Both the position numbers and the translations under genes were made by a program. Shown piece by piece: positions 49,570 through 61,650 of a DNA stretch of 64,000 bases (the stretch's first letter is position 1; each line of letters opens with the position of its first letter). The stretch is from Glaucostegus cemiculus (Eukaryota). The stretch spans positions 186,001 through 250,000 of the forward strand of contig CDPCPM010000665.1 of the NCBI GenBank assembly GCA_976551045.1, written 5' to 3'. The notes beneath the pieces are model-generated. The model had not been told where the DNA came from. It ran no database searches and saw nothing but the letters and a program-made list of their open reading frames with translations.

Positions 49570-50370
49570 CAATATTGGGCTGTTGAGGCGACCTGGATCC
49601 GTAACACCATCCCCATTCTCAGCAACAGCAAAGCCAAGGATGCAAGTGCCAAAGACAAAGCTGAAGCATTTGCAGCCATCCTTAGTCAGAGGTGCCCATT
49701 GGACAACATGTTGAAACATCTACCGACATAAAAGCCAACCTCCAGCCAACTTAATTCCCTCCAAATGATGTGGGGAGAAAAAGCATCATCCAGCTATACT
49801 GCTAGCTGCCCTTCTGGCCAAGCTGCACCGGTCCAGTTACAACACTGGTATCTATCCTACAGTGTGGGAAATTGCCCTGGCATGTCCTGTCCACAAAAAA
49901 GCAGAACAAATACAGTCCAACTAATTACCATGGTTGACAAATTAGCACAAGGTATTATCGAGAACCTGCTCGTTTATGCATAGTTTGGGTTTTGTCAGGG
50001 GTGCCAACGTCCAGATTTGCTCATAGCCTAGGTCTAAAGAGCTGGGGTTCAGAGGTGAGGTGGCATCAAGACAGCATCTGCCTGGGTGTTGCATTGAGGA
50101 GGAGCTGTGTAAAATGGAAGTTAATGGACCTCAAGAGGGAAACGTCCCAACAGTTGGAGTTATGCCTTGCACAAAAGAAGATGGTTGTGGGTGTTGGAGG
50201 TCAGTCATCCCAGCCCCAGGACATCACTGCAGGAGTTCCTCAGGGCAGTGACTGGGCCCAGCCCATTGTCGGCTGTTTTATCACTGACATCGCTGCCGTC
50301 ATACGGTCTGCAGGAGGAAGGTTCACTGAATATATAACTTTCACTTCCATTTGCAACCCCTCAGAAAATA
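49570..50370 (+). mobile_element. Decayed LINE RT fragment (family of 40-1285)
   Basis: KMVVGVGGQSSQPQDITAGVPQGS in ORF 49992-50408. Confidence 0.7.
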
Positions 50371-50672
50371 ATTTCCTCAAAATGGATCTAAATTTGAAAG
50401 ATTTATAATTTCCTGTTTTCTCTCTCTCTTGCCTTCCTGAAATGCAGTTTTTCAATCTGAAGGGAGAATTCCTGAATTGAAATAGATTTGGAAGATTATG
50501 GCTCAGGATCTGTAGTTTTCTTTTTGACTTCCTTTGAAACGCTGGGATGGACATTGCCAGAATCTGGAAATCGGACGGTTTTCATGTTTTGGTTAACTGG
50601 AGTGACCTCTGAGCCTTGGCTCATTGTTAACTTCCCTGTAGTGAGCATAGATTCTTTTCCTGTGAAGATTAA

Positions 50673-50976
50673 CAGATCAGATCAGATCTTTATTAGTCAC
50701 ATGTACATCGAAACGCACAGTGAAATGCATCATTTGCGTAGAGTGTTCTGTGGGCAGCCCGCAAGTGTCGCCACGCTTTCGGCACCAACGTAGCATGCCC
50801 ACAACTTCCTAACCTGTACGTCTTTGGAATGTGGGAGGAAACCGGAGCACCTGGAGGAAACCCACACGGACATGGGGAGAACGTACAAACTCCTTACAGA
50901 CAGCGGCCGGAATGGAACCCGTGTCGCTGGCGCTGTAATAGCGTTACACTAACTGCTACACTACCGTGGCCTGCCC
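50673..50976 (-). mobile_element. Young V-SINE (Rex-like tail subfamily)
   Basis: (GATCA)n tail, full body, many CpGs retained. Confidence 0.93.
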
Positions 50977-51817
50977 ACAAAGTGATTACTGAACAAGTTG
51001 GCCATTTCTTTAATTTCATTTGCAATGTTACATTTAAAGGATCAACATTATCCTTGATAACACTTTTTCTTCTAACATAATTGCTAAAATCTGGACTGAT
51101 CAGATAATTGGCCACTGCAAAGTGGTGCCAGTGCAAGTTGATGGTAGGGGAATCAACAGGGAGATGATGGGCAGGTGAGAGAGAGAATAGGTTGTAGGGA
51201 GTTAAGGCATGGGACTGCTAGGAAAGATGGCACAGACTGTATAGGCTTTCTTTCTTTGTAAGGAAATATAAGAAAACATGTCTAAGACTAGGATTTGCTT
51301 TACTATTTTATAATGGCAATAACCCAAACTTCTGCCACCCTAAAACTGCATAAAATACCATAAAGATCATGCCTTTCATTTGGGAGGTCACTAGAATAAT
51401 GCTTGCCTACTGATGCTGCCTGACCAACTCTATCATTCTCTGTTTTTATTTAGATTTCCAGCATCTGCAGGTTTTTTTTGCTCCAAACCAGATTAATGTT
51501 GGGTTTCCCTGTGTGAAGCTGTGCTGTGTTACCTTCAGTGTTGTGCTGCTCTGTTAATCTAACGCACTTTGTTTCACAGCTGCAACACGGGCAACCAGCC
51601 CTGAAAGGGACATAACACAATACAAGCAGTATTCCACCAACTACAGGAGTGTGCTTTTCCTTAACAAATGGATGCTGTGATATGGGAAGGATTTGATGTG
51701 TGCTGCCATGGGGTCGGAAGGCCACGGACAGGCTAGATTGCCTGTCCGTATGAAGGGGGCCATAGAAAATCTTCAGAGCTAGAGTTAGGGAGTCATGGCA
51801 GGAGGTTACCAGAGAGG

Positions 51818-52345
51818 AACAAACAATCTGCTGGGGGAACTCAGTGGGTCGAGCAGCATCCGTGGGAGGGAAAGGGATTGTTCATCTTTCGGGTCAAAGC
51901 CCTGCATTAAGATCAGATCAGATCTTTATTAGTCACATGTACATTGAAACACACAGTGAAATGCATCTTTTTGCGTGGAGCATTCTGGGGGCAGCCCGCA
52001 AGTGTCGCCACGCTTCCGGTGCCAACATAGCACGCCCACAACTTCCTGACCCGTACGCCTTTGGAATGTGGGAGGAAACCAGAGCACCCGGAGGAAACCC
52101 ACACAGACACAGGGAGAACGTAAAAACTCCTTATGGACAGTGGCCGTACTTGAATCCAGGTGGCTAGCGCTGTAAAGCATTGTGCTAACCAATGTATGCT
52201 AACATTAGGGTCCTGATGCAGGGCTTCAACCTGAAACGTCTCCAGTTCCTTCTCCCCCATCCCCCCCCACCAAAGATGTTGCTCGACCCACTGAGTTCCT
52301 TCAGCAGATTGCTTGTTGCTCCAGATTCCAGCATCTGTAGCCTTG
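51818..52345. mobile_element. Palindromic Penelope-derived mini-element split at its apex by a V-SINE
   Basis: Arms aatctgctgggggaactcagtgggtcgagcagcatc and gatgttgctcgacccactgagttccttcagcagatt are reverse complements. Confidence 0.85.
51910..52202 (-). mobile_element. V-SINE (Rex-like tail subfamily) with candidate CATTA TSD
   Basis: (GATCA)n tail; CATTA at 51905-51909 and 52203-52207. Confidence 0.92.
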
Positions 52346-53369
52346 TTTGTTTCCAGGTTACCCAAAAAGTAAGGACAAAACTACATTCAGTGCAGACATC
52401 TCCACCTGCTCCTGTAGCCTGAAAGAAAGGTAACTAAAGTGATCTCCCTGTGGGTATCAGGCATGGGCGACCTTCCTAATGCAGCAATGAACAGCAACTT
52501 GTGAAGTGTATAGAAATCAACAGCAGCAGCCTGCAGTGTTCTGAAACTAGGAAGCTGAGAGTAACTGTGACCGTGACCTCCATGACAAAGCTGTCCAGAC
52601 AAATGTGTGAGCATTTACTTCAGTCACTGATCACTGTGAGGACAGTGAATACAGTTAGAGTGTTGGCTGTTTGTTTAAAGCAGGTAGTTCAGAGAGTAAA
52701 TATCAACTGTCCTTTTTTATTGATGTTAAAAATTACGCTGGAGGTAAATTGTGGAGACTACACTGTTGTTGACATCATTTGAGAATTTTATGCAGTAAAA
52801 ATCTGCTAACACAAATGAAAATCCTGCTGAAAAGCCAGGTCAAATTTCCCGACTGGCGCTGAGGCACCGAGAAATTGGTTTATTATTATTGTCACATGAC
52901 GGAGGTACAGTGAAGAGCTGTGATTTTGCTTTACTCTGGGTTCAGCGTATTTACAGTTGCACAGCACCTGTTTTCAACACTGCGGAAGTGATTTTGAGGT
53001 CTTGTTATTCATTGCCACTTTTTTCTCACTTTCTGTTTTTGCAGAACTTGCTTTTTTTTGTATTTTCATCGCAGTTCTCGAGATCTACACTATTCCTTAC
53101 GGTCTTGTAGATCCTTCTTTCTCACCTCTTGTTCCCTGTTTGGCAGGTGGAGCTCCTGACCTTTGGGAGCACGTACTAGTCTTGCATTAAATTAAATTCG
53201 TTCTTGAGCATTTTCCACTGCTCAAGTAGAATTTTACCTTATAATGCCTTTGACTATTTTGCTGTCTTAAGTCTTTGTCTCATCCTGTTACAGTTATCCA
53301 AACCAAAATGTGGAATTTTAGTAATGTTGTGACATTTGTCCTTTTCAAATGTTGAATCTCGGTTGGTAA

Positions 53370-53630
53370 TTCCACAGTTCTGATCCAGACTGTTGTGGTT
53401 CAAGTTCCGATCCAGAGACTGAGCACAGAAATCTAGAGTGAAGCAACAGTGCACTCTGGAAGGATTGCTGCACAGTGTCAGATGAGATGTTAGACTGAGG
53501 TCCCTATTGCACTTGCACGTAGACATAAAGGATCCCATAGTGTTATTTCAAAGAAATAAAATTACTAAGATTAATGACAATTAATAAAAGGTTATCTGGG
53601 CATTATCATATTGCTGTTCCAGAGATCGTG
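53370..53630 (+). mobile_element. DeuSINE (SacSINE1-like)
   Basis: ggttcaagttccgatccagagactgagcacagaaatctag...gatgagatgttagactgagg...aaggatcccatagtgttatttcaaagaa. Confidence 0.75.
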
Positions 53631-54910
53631 CAGACGAAGGTACTAGCAAAGAGCCAGTGGCAATGCACTGAGTTATATATTATCCTGTAAATTACTTTAG
53701 GTCTATAAATCTGTTGTGTAATTGCTGTTCTTGCTTCGCTTGGAATGGCCGAATGTGCAGTATCAGATCATTGTGCATTTGCCTCTGTAAACAATTCAGT
53801 CACACTCAGGGTACTGAAGACATACTTGTGGGACTTGGCTATTCTGAGAGTGTAATAAATGCTTCTTCAGCATACTTGGCGGATTGGTGTATAAGCTCCC
53901 TCCAGCTCAGAAGGCTGCAGAAAACTTCCTGATCCTCTGCAGGACACCTGCTCTTCATATTTTTGGAAGTACATTGACAGTTGTTATATCTGATTATACC
54001 TGATATATAAGATTAGATGAAATAATTCATTCATTAAGACAATATCCTGCCAATAGAAAAAATAATGAGGCATTTCTGTCAACCATGTCTACTTGCCAAG
54101 ATGTCAGGAATTCAACAGAATACCCACAAATCTGCCATTTCCCATATATTGTATGTAACTTTCTATATATGCAGTGCCATTAAGAGGGCATTCATCAGAA
54201 GTTGATGTCGGTTCAGCAGCATGACAAGGTCTCAGATGTGCAGCAAACATTCACTGGCATTAGCAGCCATCACTTTGGAGCATTTGAAATGAGTATCATC
54301 TCTCCAATCGTGGCAGGTATTAGTTGAGCCAATTTGTGCTTTCCATTTCTCTGGCCTATGAAGATCTTAAGCCAGGAATTACAATACATCTTCAGTAATT
54401 CTTTTATTGTTTTGTGTCTGAATTTAAAGTTCCTCTTTTTGTTTTATTTGACTCTTAGTGAGTTAGCCATTTATTTCGTCGCTTGTTTTTTAAAAAAAAA
54501 TTATACCTAATTACCCTTTAAAAGAATCTCCTCTTCTTCCCTTTCAAATAGTCGCTCCTCATTTTTTTCCTGTACAACTGTTGCTATCTCTAATTTGATC
54601 CATATTTTGGAAAGGTACAAACTTGTCCTCTTTGCTGGTCTTTGGGTTTCCTTGAAGCTTGAAGCTTTCCTTAATGCAAATTCTGACCAGCTACTTCAGC
54701 CTCTGTAAGGTTGCCTGACCCTGACTCTGCCTCAGGTCATCAGTTATTGGAAACCTAAAAGGCTGGTGCACAAGATAAGAGCTCATGGTATTTGGGGAGT
54801 GTGTTTGCAAGGATTGAAGTTAGGATATCACATAGAAGACAGAGAGTTGGAATAAATGGGAATTTTTAGGTGGAAAGATACAACTAGTACAGCAGCTAAG
54901 GGTCAGTTTA

Positions 54911-56583
54911 CCATAGAACAATACAGCACAATACAGGCCCATCAGCCCACCATGTTGTGCCGTCCATCAAACCTCACACAATCTAGCTCCTTCCTCTCAC
55001 ATATCCCTCTATCCCACATTCCCCATGTGCCTATCCAACAATCTCTTGAACCTGTCCGACGTATCTGCCTCCACCACCACCCCAGGCAGCACATTCCATG
55101 CACCAACCACTCTCTGGGTGAAAAACCTCCCTCTGACATCTTCCCTGAACTTTCCACCCAATACCTCAAAGCCATGCCCTCTTGTCTTGAGCATCTGTGC
55201 TCTGGGAAAGAGGCGCTGGCTGTCAACTGTTATCTATTCCTCTCAATATCTTATACACCTCTATCAAGTCTCCTCTCATCCTCCTCCTCTCCATTGAGTA
55301 AAGCCCTAGCACCTTAAGCCTCTCCTCATATTCCATACCCTCTAATCCAGGCATCATCCTGGTAAATCGCCTCTGTACCCTCTCCAACGCCTCCACATCC
55401 TTCCTATAATGCGGCGACTAGAACTGAATGCAGTACTCTAAATGCGGTCTAACTAGAGTTTTGTAAAGCAGCAACATTACCTTGTGGCTCTTAAACTCAA
55501 TCCCACGATTTATAAAAGTTAACATCCCATAGGCCTTCTTAACTGCCCTATCCACCTGCGAGGCAACTTTGAGTGAACTGTGGATATGAACCCCCAGATC
55601 CCTCTGCTCCTCTACACTGCCAAGTACCTTGCCATTTACCTTGTACTCTGCCCTGGAGTTTGTCCTACCAAAGTGCAGCACCTCACACTTCTCCAGATTA
55701 AACTCCATCTGCCACCTGTCCACCCAGCTCTGCATCCTATCAATATCCCTCTGTAAGCTCCGACAGCCCTCCACACTTTCCACCACACTGCCGATCTTGG
55801 TGTCATCTGCAAACTTACTAACCCATCCTTCCACCCCTTTGTTAAAGTCATCTATAAATATAACAGAGTAGAGGTTCCCAGAACCGATCCCTGTGGGACA
55901 CCACTAGTCACAGCCCTCCAATCCGAGGGCACTCCATCCACTGCAACCCTCTGCTTTCTACAGGCAAGCCAATTCCTGATCCACACAGCCAATCTCCCCT
56001 GGATCCCTTGACCTCTGACCTTCTGAAGAAGCCTACCATGAGGAACCTTACTAAAATCCATGTCAACCACATCCACCGCACTGCCCTCATTAATCTTCCT
56101 CGTCACCTCCTCAAAGAATTCTATCAGGCTCATGAGGCAAGATCTTCCCTTCACAAATCCATGCTGACTGTCCCTAATCAGTCCATGACTCTCCAGGTGT
56201 TCACAGATCCTATCCCTTAGAATCCTTTCTAACAGCTTACCCACCACAGGCGTGAGACTCACCAGTCTGTAATTCCATGGACTATCCCTACTACCTTTCT
56301 TGAACAAGGGGACAACATTTGCTACCTTCCACTCCTCCGGCACCATCCCTGTGGACAACAAGAACTCAAAGATCCTCACCAGTGGATCAACAATCTCCTC
56401 CCTCGCCTCTCGAAGCAGCCTGGGGAATATACCATCAGGCCCTGGAGACTTACCTGTCTTGATATTATTTAACAACTTCAACACATCCTCCCTCTTGATA
56501 TCTACATACTCGAGAACATTACCCTTACCAGCACTCTCTACCGTGTCATCAAGACCCCTCTCCTTGATGAATACTGGAGAGAA
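54911..56583 (-). mobile_element. Young 5'-truncated CR1 with nearly intact RT (frameshifted)
   Basis: ORFs 55852-56484 (KSPGPDGIFPRLLRE...QHGFVKGRSCL...[10 protein letters not shown]) and 55418-55834 (SKFADDTK...LVRPHLEYCIQF). Confidence 0.95.
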
Positions 56584-56924
56584 TTTATATTGATGACCTG
56601 GAGGAGGGAGCAGAGTGTAAGGTATCCAAGTTTGCCAATGACATGAAAATAGGTGAGAGAGCAGGTTGTGATATGGATATTTGGACTCTGTTACGGGATA
56701 TAGCTACATTGAGTGAGTGGGCAAAAGTTCATTGTGGGAAAGTGTGAGGTTATCCACTTCAGTAAGAGGAGTATGCAGCCAGACTACATGTAACCAGTGA
56801 AAGATTCCAGATGAGTGAAGTACAGAGGGATCTAGGTGCTGTGCAAAAATTTATCAGGCACATACAGCAAGTGGTTAGGAAGGCAAATGGCACATTGGCT
56901 TTTATAACAAGGGGACTGGCGTTT

Positions 56925-57043
56925 AGAAACAGAAAAAGTACTGCACAATTCAGGCCCTTCGGCCCACAAAGCTGTGCCGAGCATGTCCCTACCTTAGAAG
57001 TTACTAGGCTTACCCATAGCCCTCCATTTTACTCAGCTCCATG
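56925..57043 (-). mobile_element. Very short CR1 3' tail insertion
   Basis: gcacaattcaggcccttcggcccacaaagctgtgcc, as in the tails at 23260 and 46062. Confidence 0.85.
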
Positions 57044-58019
57044 ATAGAAACATAAAACAGGGAAGTATTTCTCCAATTTTACAAGGTGTTGGAGAGGTCA
57101 CACCTGGAGTACTCTGCACAGTTCTAGTCCTCTTATTTAGAGAGGATGTACTGGTATTGGAGGCAGTCTAAAAGATGCCAAGATGTTTCCACTAGTGGCA
57201 GAATCACAAACATGGGGACATAGTTACAAGATTAAGAGGTGACCATTTAAAATTGAAGTGCATAGGAAGTTCTCCACACAGTGCTGAATCACAGAGTCTG
57301 GAGGGATGTAGAAGGCAGATTATTTAAAGAGGAAATAGGTATATTTTTGAAAGATTGGGGAATTGAGGGGTATGGGGAAGAGAAGACAAGGTTTGGCCTG
57401 GATCATGTTGAATGGCAGGACGGGCTTGTGGGGGTGGGGGGGGTGCTGAATTGACCTACTCCTACACCTACTTTCCATTGTTATTGTGTTCTAACCTCAT
57501 CCATCTCAGTTAACCCCATACTTTACTATTCCACCAAACCCCTGCTCTGCTCTAATTTCCTATGTCTATGTTCTATACAGGATCACATCCTGTTAACCCA
57601 CCCTCTTGATGGGCATCAGTTATGGAAATGGTTTAAGGAGGGTGCATATCTTTATGTTAACAGTATTCCTGTCTTTAACACGTTGGACAGGAATCCCAGA
57701 CCTCAGGGAAACCCAGCAAGTGGAAGCAAGGCTGAGATGGGCCAGATCGTTACAATATCATCCTTGAGTCTGGCCCTGGAGGTTTAGTGGGCTTTACCAA
57801 TAAACACTTTCCCCTATCTTCAATGACCCATTGAATAACTGTCCCACTACTACCCCCCTGCCCCCCACTCTAATGGTGTCTCTGCTCTTCCCGTCCCAAC
57901 ACCACCACCCCCCACCCAAATCTTAACTCTTCCACACCCGTGACCACTATACAGTTTCTGGACACAGTCCAACTACTTGTTGAGTGGGAAACCCATGTTT
58001 TGTTTTGTGACCAGAATTG

Positions 58020-58830
58020 CTCCTATCTTCATTGCCTCTACTTTTTAAGTCAACCATTCCATCTGCTTTAAATTTTATTAACTTCTTCTGACACCTTTGA
58101 CGATGTGTGTATATACACTTCTGGATCTCCCCTGTCCTGCACTCCCTTTAAAATGGTAATTAATTCATACTCCCCTTCATCATTTTGGTTTCCAAAATAG
58201 ATCACTTCACACTTCTCTGCATTAAATTTAATCTGCCATATGTTTGCCCATTTTACTAGTCTGCCTACATCCTCTTGACATCTGCTACTATCCTCCTCAT
58301 TGTTTACTATATTTTCAGGTTTAGTGTCAGCCACAGACTTTTAAATTACACTCCCATTGCACAAATCTGGGGTCAGTATAAATTAAAACGTTGTATTCTG
58401 AAAGCTGACTGCTGGGAACATCACAACATACTTCCCTCCAGACTGAAAAACAGCTGTTCGCTATGATAATAAAAACAGAAACTGCTGGAAGCACTCAGCA
58501 GGTCAGGCAGCATCTGTGAACAAAGAAACAGAGAGGTTGAAGACCTGAAATGTGAATTTTGTTTCTCTTTCCCCAGATGTGCCTGACTTGCTGAGTATCT
58601 CCAGCATTTTCTGTTTTTATTTCAGATTTCCAGCATCTGCAGTTTTTTCTATAATTTTCATCCCTTTAATCCCATGGCTTTCAATATTGCTCAATCTGGC
58701 ACTTTATTAAATTCCTTTGAAAGTCCGTATACTTCAACTGCATAACTTTCATTAGCTTCTTCATTATTTCATTGAAGAAGTTAATCAAATTAATTGGACC
58801 CAATTTGCATTTAGCACCTCTTTCTGCACT
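58020..58830 (-). mobile_element. Decayed CR1 fragment interrupted by a palindromic Penelope-derived insert
   Basis: ORF 58068-58334 ADTK...WQIKFNAEKCEVIYFG. Confidence 0.7.
58470..58648. mobile_element. Palindromic Penelope-derived mini-element
   Basis: aaaacagaaactgctggaagcactcagcaggtcaggcagcatctg versus cagatgtgcctgacttgctgagtatctccagcattttctgtttt. Confidence 0.82.
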
Positions 58831-58989
58831 ATTTTTGAAAAAAAAATGTCCCCCAAAGTGACAAATTTTGTTTCTGATTATTCCTCACTGTGCAGGAAAG
58901 ACAATCTACCTGTTACCTGGTTTATTTCTCCCTTTCGAAACAAAAATGCTAAACAGGCAGCTCTCTGAAGGGTTATTGTGTGCATAAAA

Positions 58990-59790
58990 TCTTCAGTATT
59001 TACCGAGGAGAGGGGCCTTGATGATGCGGAGGACAGCGTTGGTAAAGTTAATGTTCTAGAGCGTGTTGATATCAAGTGAGAGGTTGTGTTGGAGCTGTTA
59101 GAAAATATTATGACAGATAAGTCCCCAGGCTGCTCTGCAAGGTGAGGGAGGAAATTGTTGAACCGTTGGCTAGGATCTTTGAGTCCTCGTTGTCCACAGG
59201 AATGGTACTGGAGAATTGGAGGGTGGTGAATGTTGTCCCCTCATTCAAAAAAGGTAGTAGGGATCGTCCGGGGAATTACAGACCAGTGAGCCTTACGTCT
59301 GTGGTGGGCAAGCTGTTGAAAAGGATTCTTAGAGATAAGATCTATGGGCATTTAGAGAATCATGGTCTGATCAGGGACAGCCAGCACGGCTTTGTGACAG
59401 GTAGATCATGTCTCACAAGCCTGATAGGGTTCTTTGAGGAGGTGACCAGGCAGATTGATGAGGGTAGTGCAGTAGATGCCTTGGTAAGGTATTTAACAAG
59501 GTTCCACATGGTAGGCTTCTTCAGAAGGTCAGAGGGCATGGGATCCAGGGAAGCTTGGCTGTGTGGATTCAGAATTTGGCTTGCCTGTAGAAAGCCGAGG
59601 GTTTTGGTGGAGGGAGTGCATTCAGATTGGAGGGCTGTGATTAGTGGTGTCCTACAGGGATCGGTTCTGGGACTTCTGCTTTTTGTGATATTTATTAATG
59701 ACTTGGATGAGGGGGTAGGAGGGTGGGTTGGGAAGTTTGCAGACGACACAAAGGTTGGTGGTGTTGTGGATAGTGTGGAGGATTACCATG
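58990..59790 (+). mobile_element. Internal CR1 RT fragment lacking the 3' end (subfamily of 54911-56583)
   Basis: ORF 59142-59801 GNYRPVSLTSVVGKLL...QHGF...KFADDTKVGG, then an abrupt end. Confidence 0.9.
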
Positions 59791-60069
59791 AGGTCAAATG
59801 AAACGATTCAAGAATATTCTCAAAGTGCAAATGTGATGTCCTCACTGACTTGTGGGAATTCCTGGATCATAACTACTCAAAATGGAAAAGCTCTGTTCAT
59901 GCACAAAGCCTAGTGTAAGCAGAACTAGGAGAGCTCCGTGTCTCAAACTGCCACCTCCTGCTGCACTTGTGGCAGAGCCTCGTTAACGATCTCAGAAAGC
60001 ATGGGTTGCAGTGGAAGTAGGTCATCCTCGACACCAAGTGACTGCTTAAGACAAAATTCAAGAGGTTCA

Positions 60070-61010
60070 GAGCTATTATATCAGAGCCTTTACTGTTCCC
60101 ACCCTTATCTCCCTCACAACTTAGGATGCATCCTATCTGGACCAGGTGATCTCATTGCTATGAGTACTGCTAACTGCTTCAGCACCCTCTCGTTATTTAT
60201 CCTAAACCTATCCTGTTTCTGCATTACCTTCTCTTTCACTGGATCATTGGCTGTTCTCTCTTTTGTGAAGGCAGATGTGGGGTGATGTACCTTTTAGTGC
60301 CTCAGCCATATTGTCTGCTTCAACAAGATGATTTTATTTTATTTTCCTGATTTTTAATTGGTGTCACCCTTTCTTTGATGACCCTTTTACAGTTTTTATA
60401 GTTACAAAATACTTTCATGTCTTTACTGTATTGTCTGATAATCTCTAGGCCATTCTAATTTCTGTCTTTATTCTTCCTCTGCACATGCTCTTCTCACAAT
60501 TTCTGAAAACTGTTCCTTTCCCTTGCATATGAATGTGTCTGGTCTTTTTACCTGCTGGTCCTTGTTTCTAACCCATGGTCCTGATCCCTTTTCATTTCAG
60601 TGTGATTCAATCTCTTCTAACTGAGTATTCTGCTTTTATTAATTCATTGTCCTTTTCTTAACCATTTTAAACCTAATGATATTATGATCACTATTCCCCA
60701 AAAGCTCTCTCACTGAAGCTTAATTCTGTGGAACTAGATCCAGCACTGCTTGCTTCCTCGTTGTCCTAATAACATTCAGATAAAGAAAGGTCTTGTTCAT
60801 ATTTTAGTAATTCTTTTCTTTGCTCATTACAATTTTCTCCTGTCCATATTGGTATAACTGAAGTATAATTTTTATCACAAAGATTTGCTTTTACACCCTT
60901 CCAAAATGTGCTCATTTATATCCTTCCCCCACTTAGAGGTATGCAGGAAACACTCTGTGCAGCCTCCCTGAACAAAATAGCTTCTGCGTTGGAACACTTA
61001 ACCGTGCCAT
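60070..61010 (-). mobile_element. Highly decayed CR1 ORF2 (endonuclease-linker) fragment
   Basis: ggatgcatcctatctggaccaggtgat (reverse SPGPD-MHP); attatgatcactattccc (reverse GNSDHN). Confidence 0.6.
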
Positions 61011-61039
61011 CTCTTTCCATCAATCACATATTATTTAAC

Positions 61040-61650
61040 TAATTCCAAGCAGTAAAAACTCAAGAAGCTTCACAGAAGCATTATCTAATAAAATTTGACA
61101 GTGAGCCTTATAAAGAGAGAGAGGGCAGATGATTAAAAGCTTAGTCATAGAAAAGTTTTATGTAGCTTCTTAGAGAGAGAAAGATGTAGAGAAATTTAGT
61201 GTGGAATTTCACAGAAAGAAATTGATAGCATAGCAATTAAAATCAGAACTCAGAGGCCAGAAGTAGAAGAACATGGATATCTCAGATAATTAGAGAGCTG
61301 GTGAAGATCACAGGTGATGAGGGAAAGTCCATGAAAGAATTCAAAAGTGAGGATGACTGTTTTAAAATTAATTAGTTGCTTAACCATAGGTCAGCGGGCA
61401 GGGCGAGCTGGTGCTGTGTGAGCTAGGAAATGGACAGTGGTGTTTTGGAGGACCTCAGATCTATGGAGAATGGAATGAAGGAGACCACCTGGGGGTGTAT
61501 TCCAGTAACCAAGTCTCAAGGTAACAATAGCAAAGAAATGGCTCACTGCAGTAGACAAGCTGAGGCTGCTCTGGCAATAGAAAAAAGGTTGTCTTAATGA
61601 CGTGATCAAAAGCTAATCTGGCGTCAAGTATGATAACGAGGTTGGGAACA
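61040..61650 (-). mobile_element. Decayed L2-type LINE 3' region
   Basis: ORF 61391-61609 (VTLRLGYWN...EVLQN..VHFL.HT) resembles the L2 C-terminal motif SRLDY-N-LL...LQ--QN-AAR-LT. Confidence 0.55.

Larger units (their letters stand above)
54740..57490 (+). mobile_element. Old CR1 RT/3' region hosting nested younger CR1s
   Basis: tccaagtttgccaatgacatgaaaatagg (SKFA-D--KI), QRDLG, cacctggagtactctgcacagttct (HLEY-AQF). Confidence 0.75.

Noticed and set aside
55418-56484. Intact CR1 reverse transcriptase
   Set aside because: 5'-truncated, frameshift near 55860, premature stop at 55418 and a deletion in the DFSKAFD motif.
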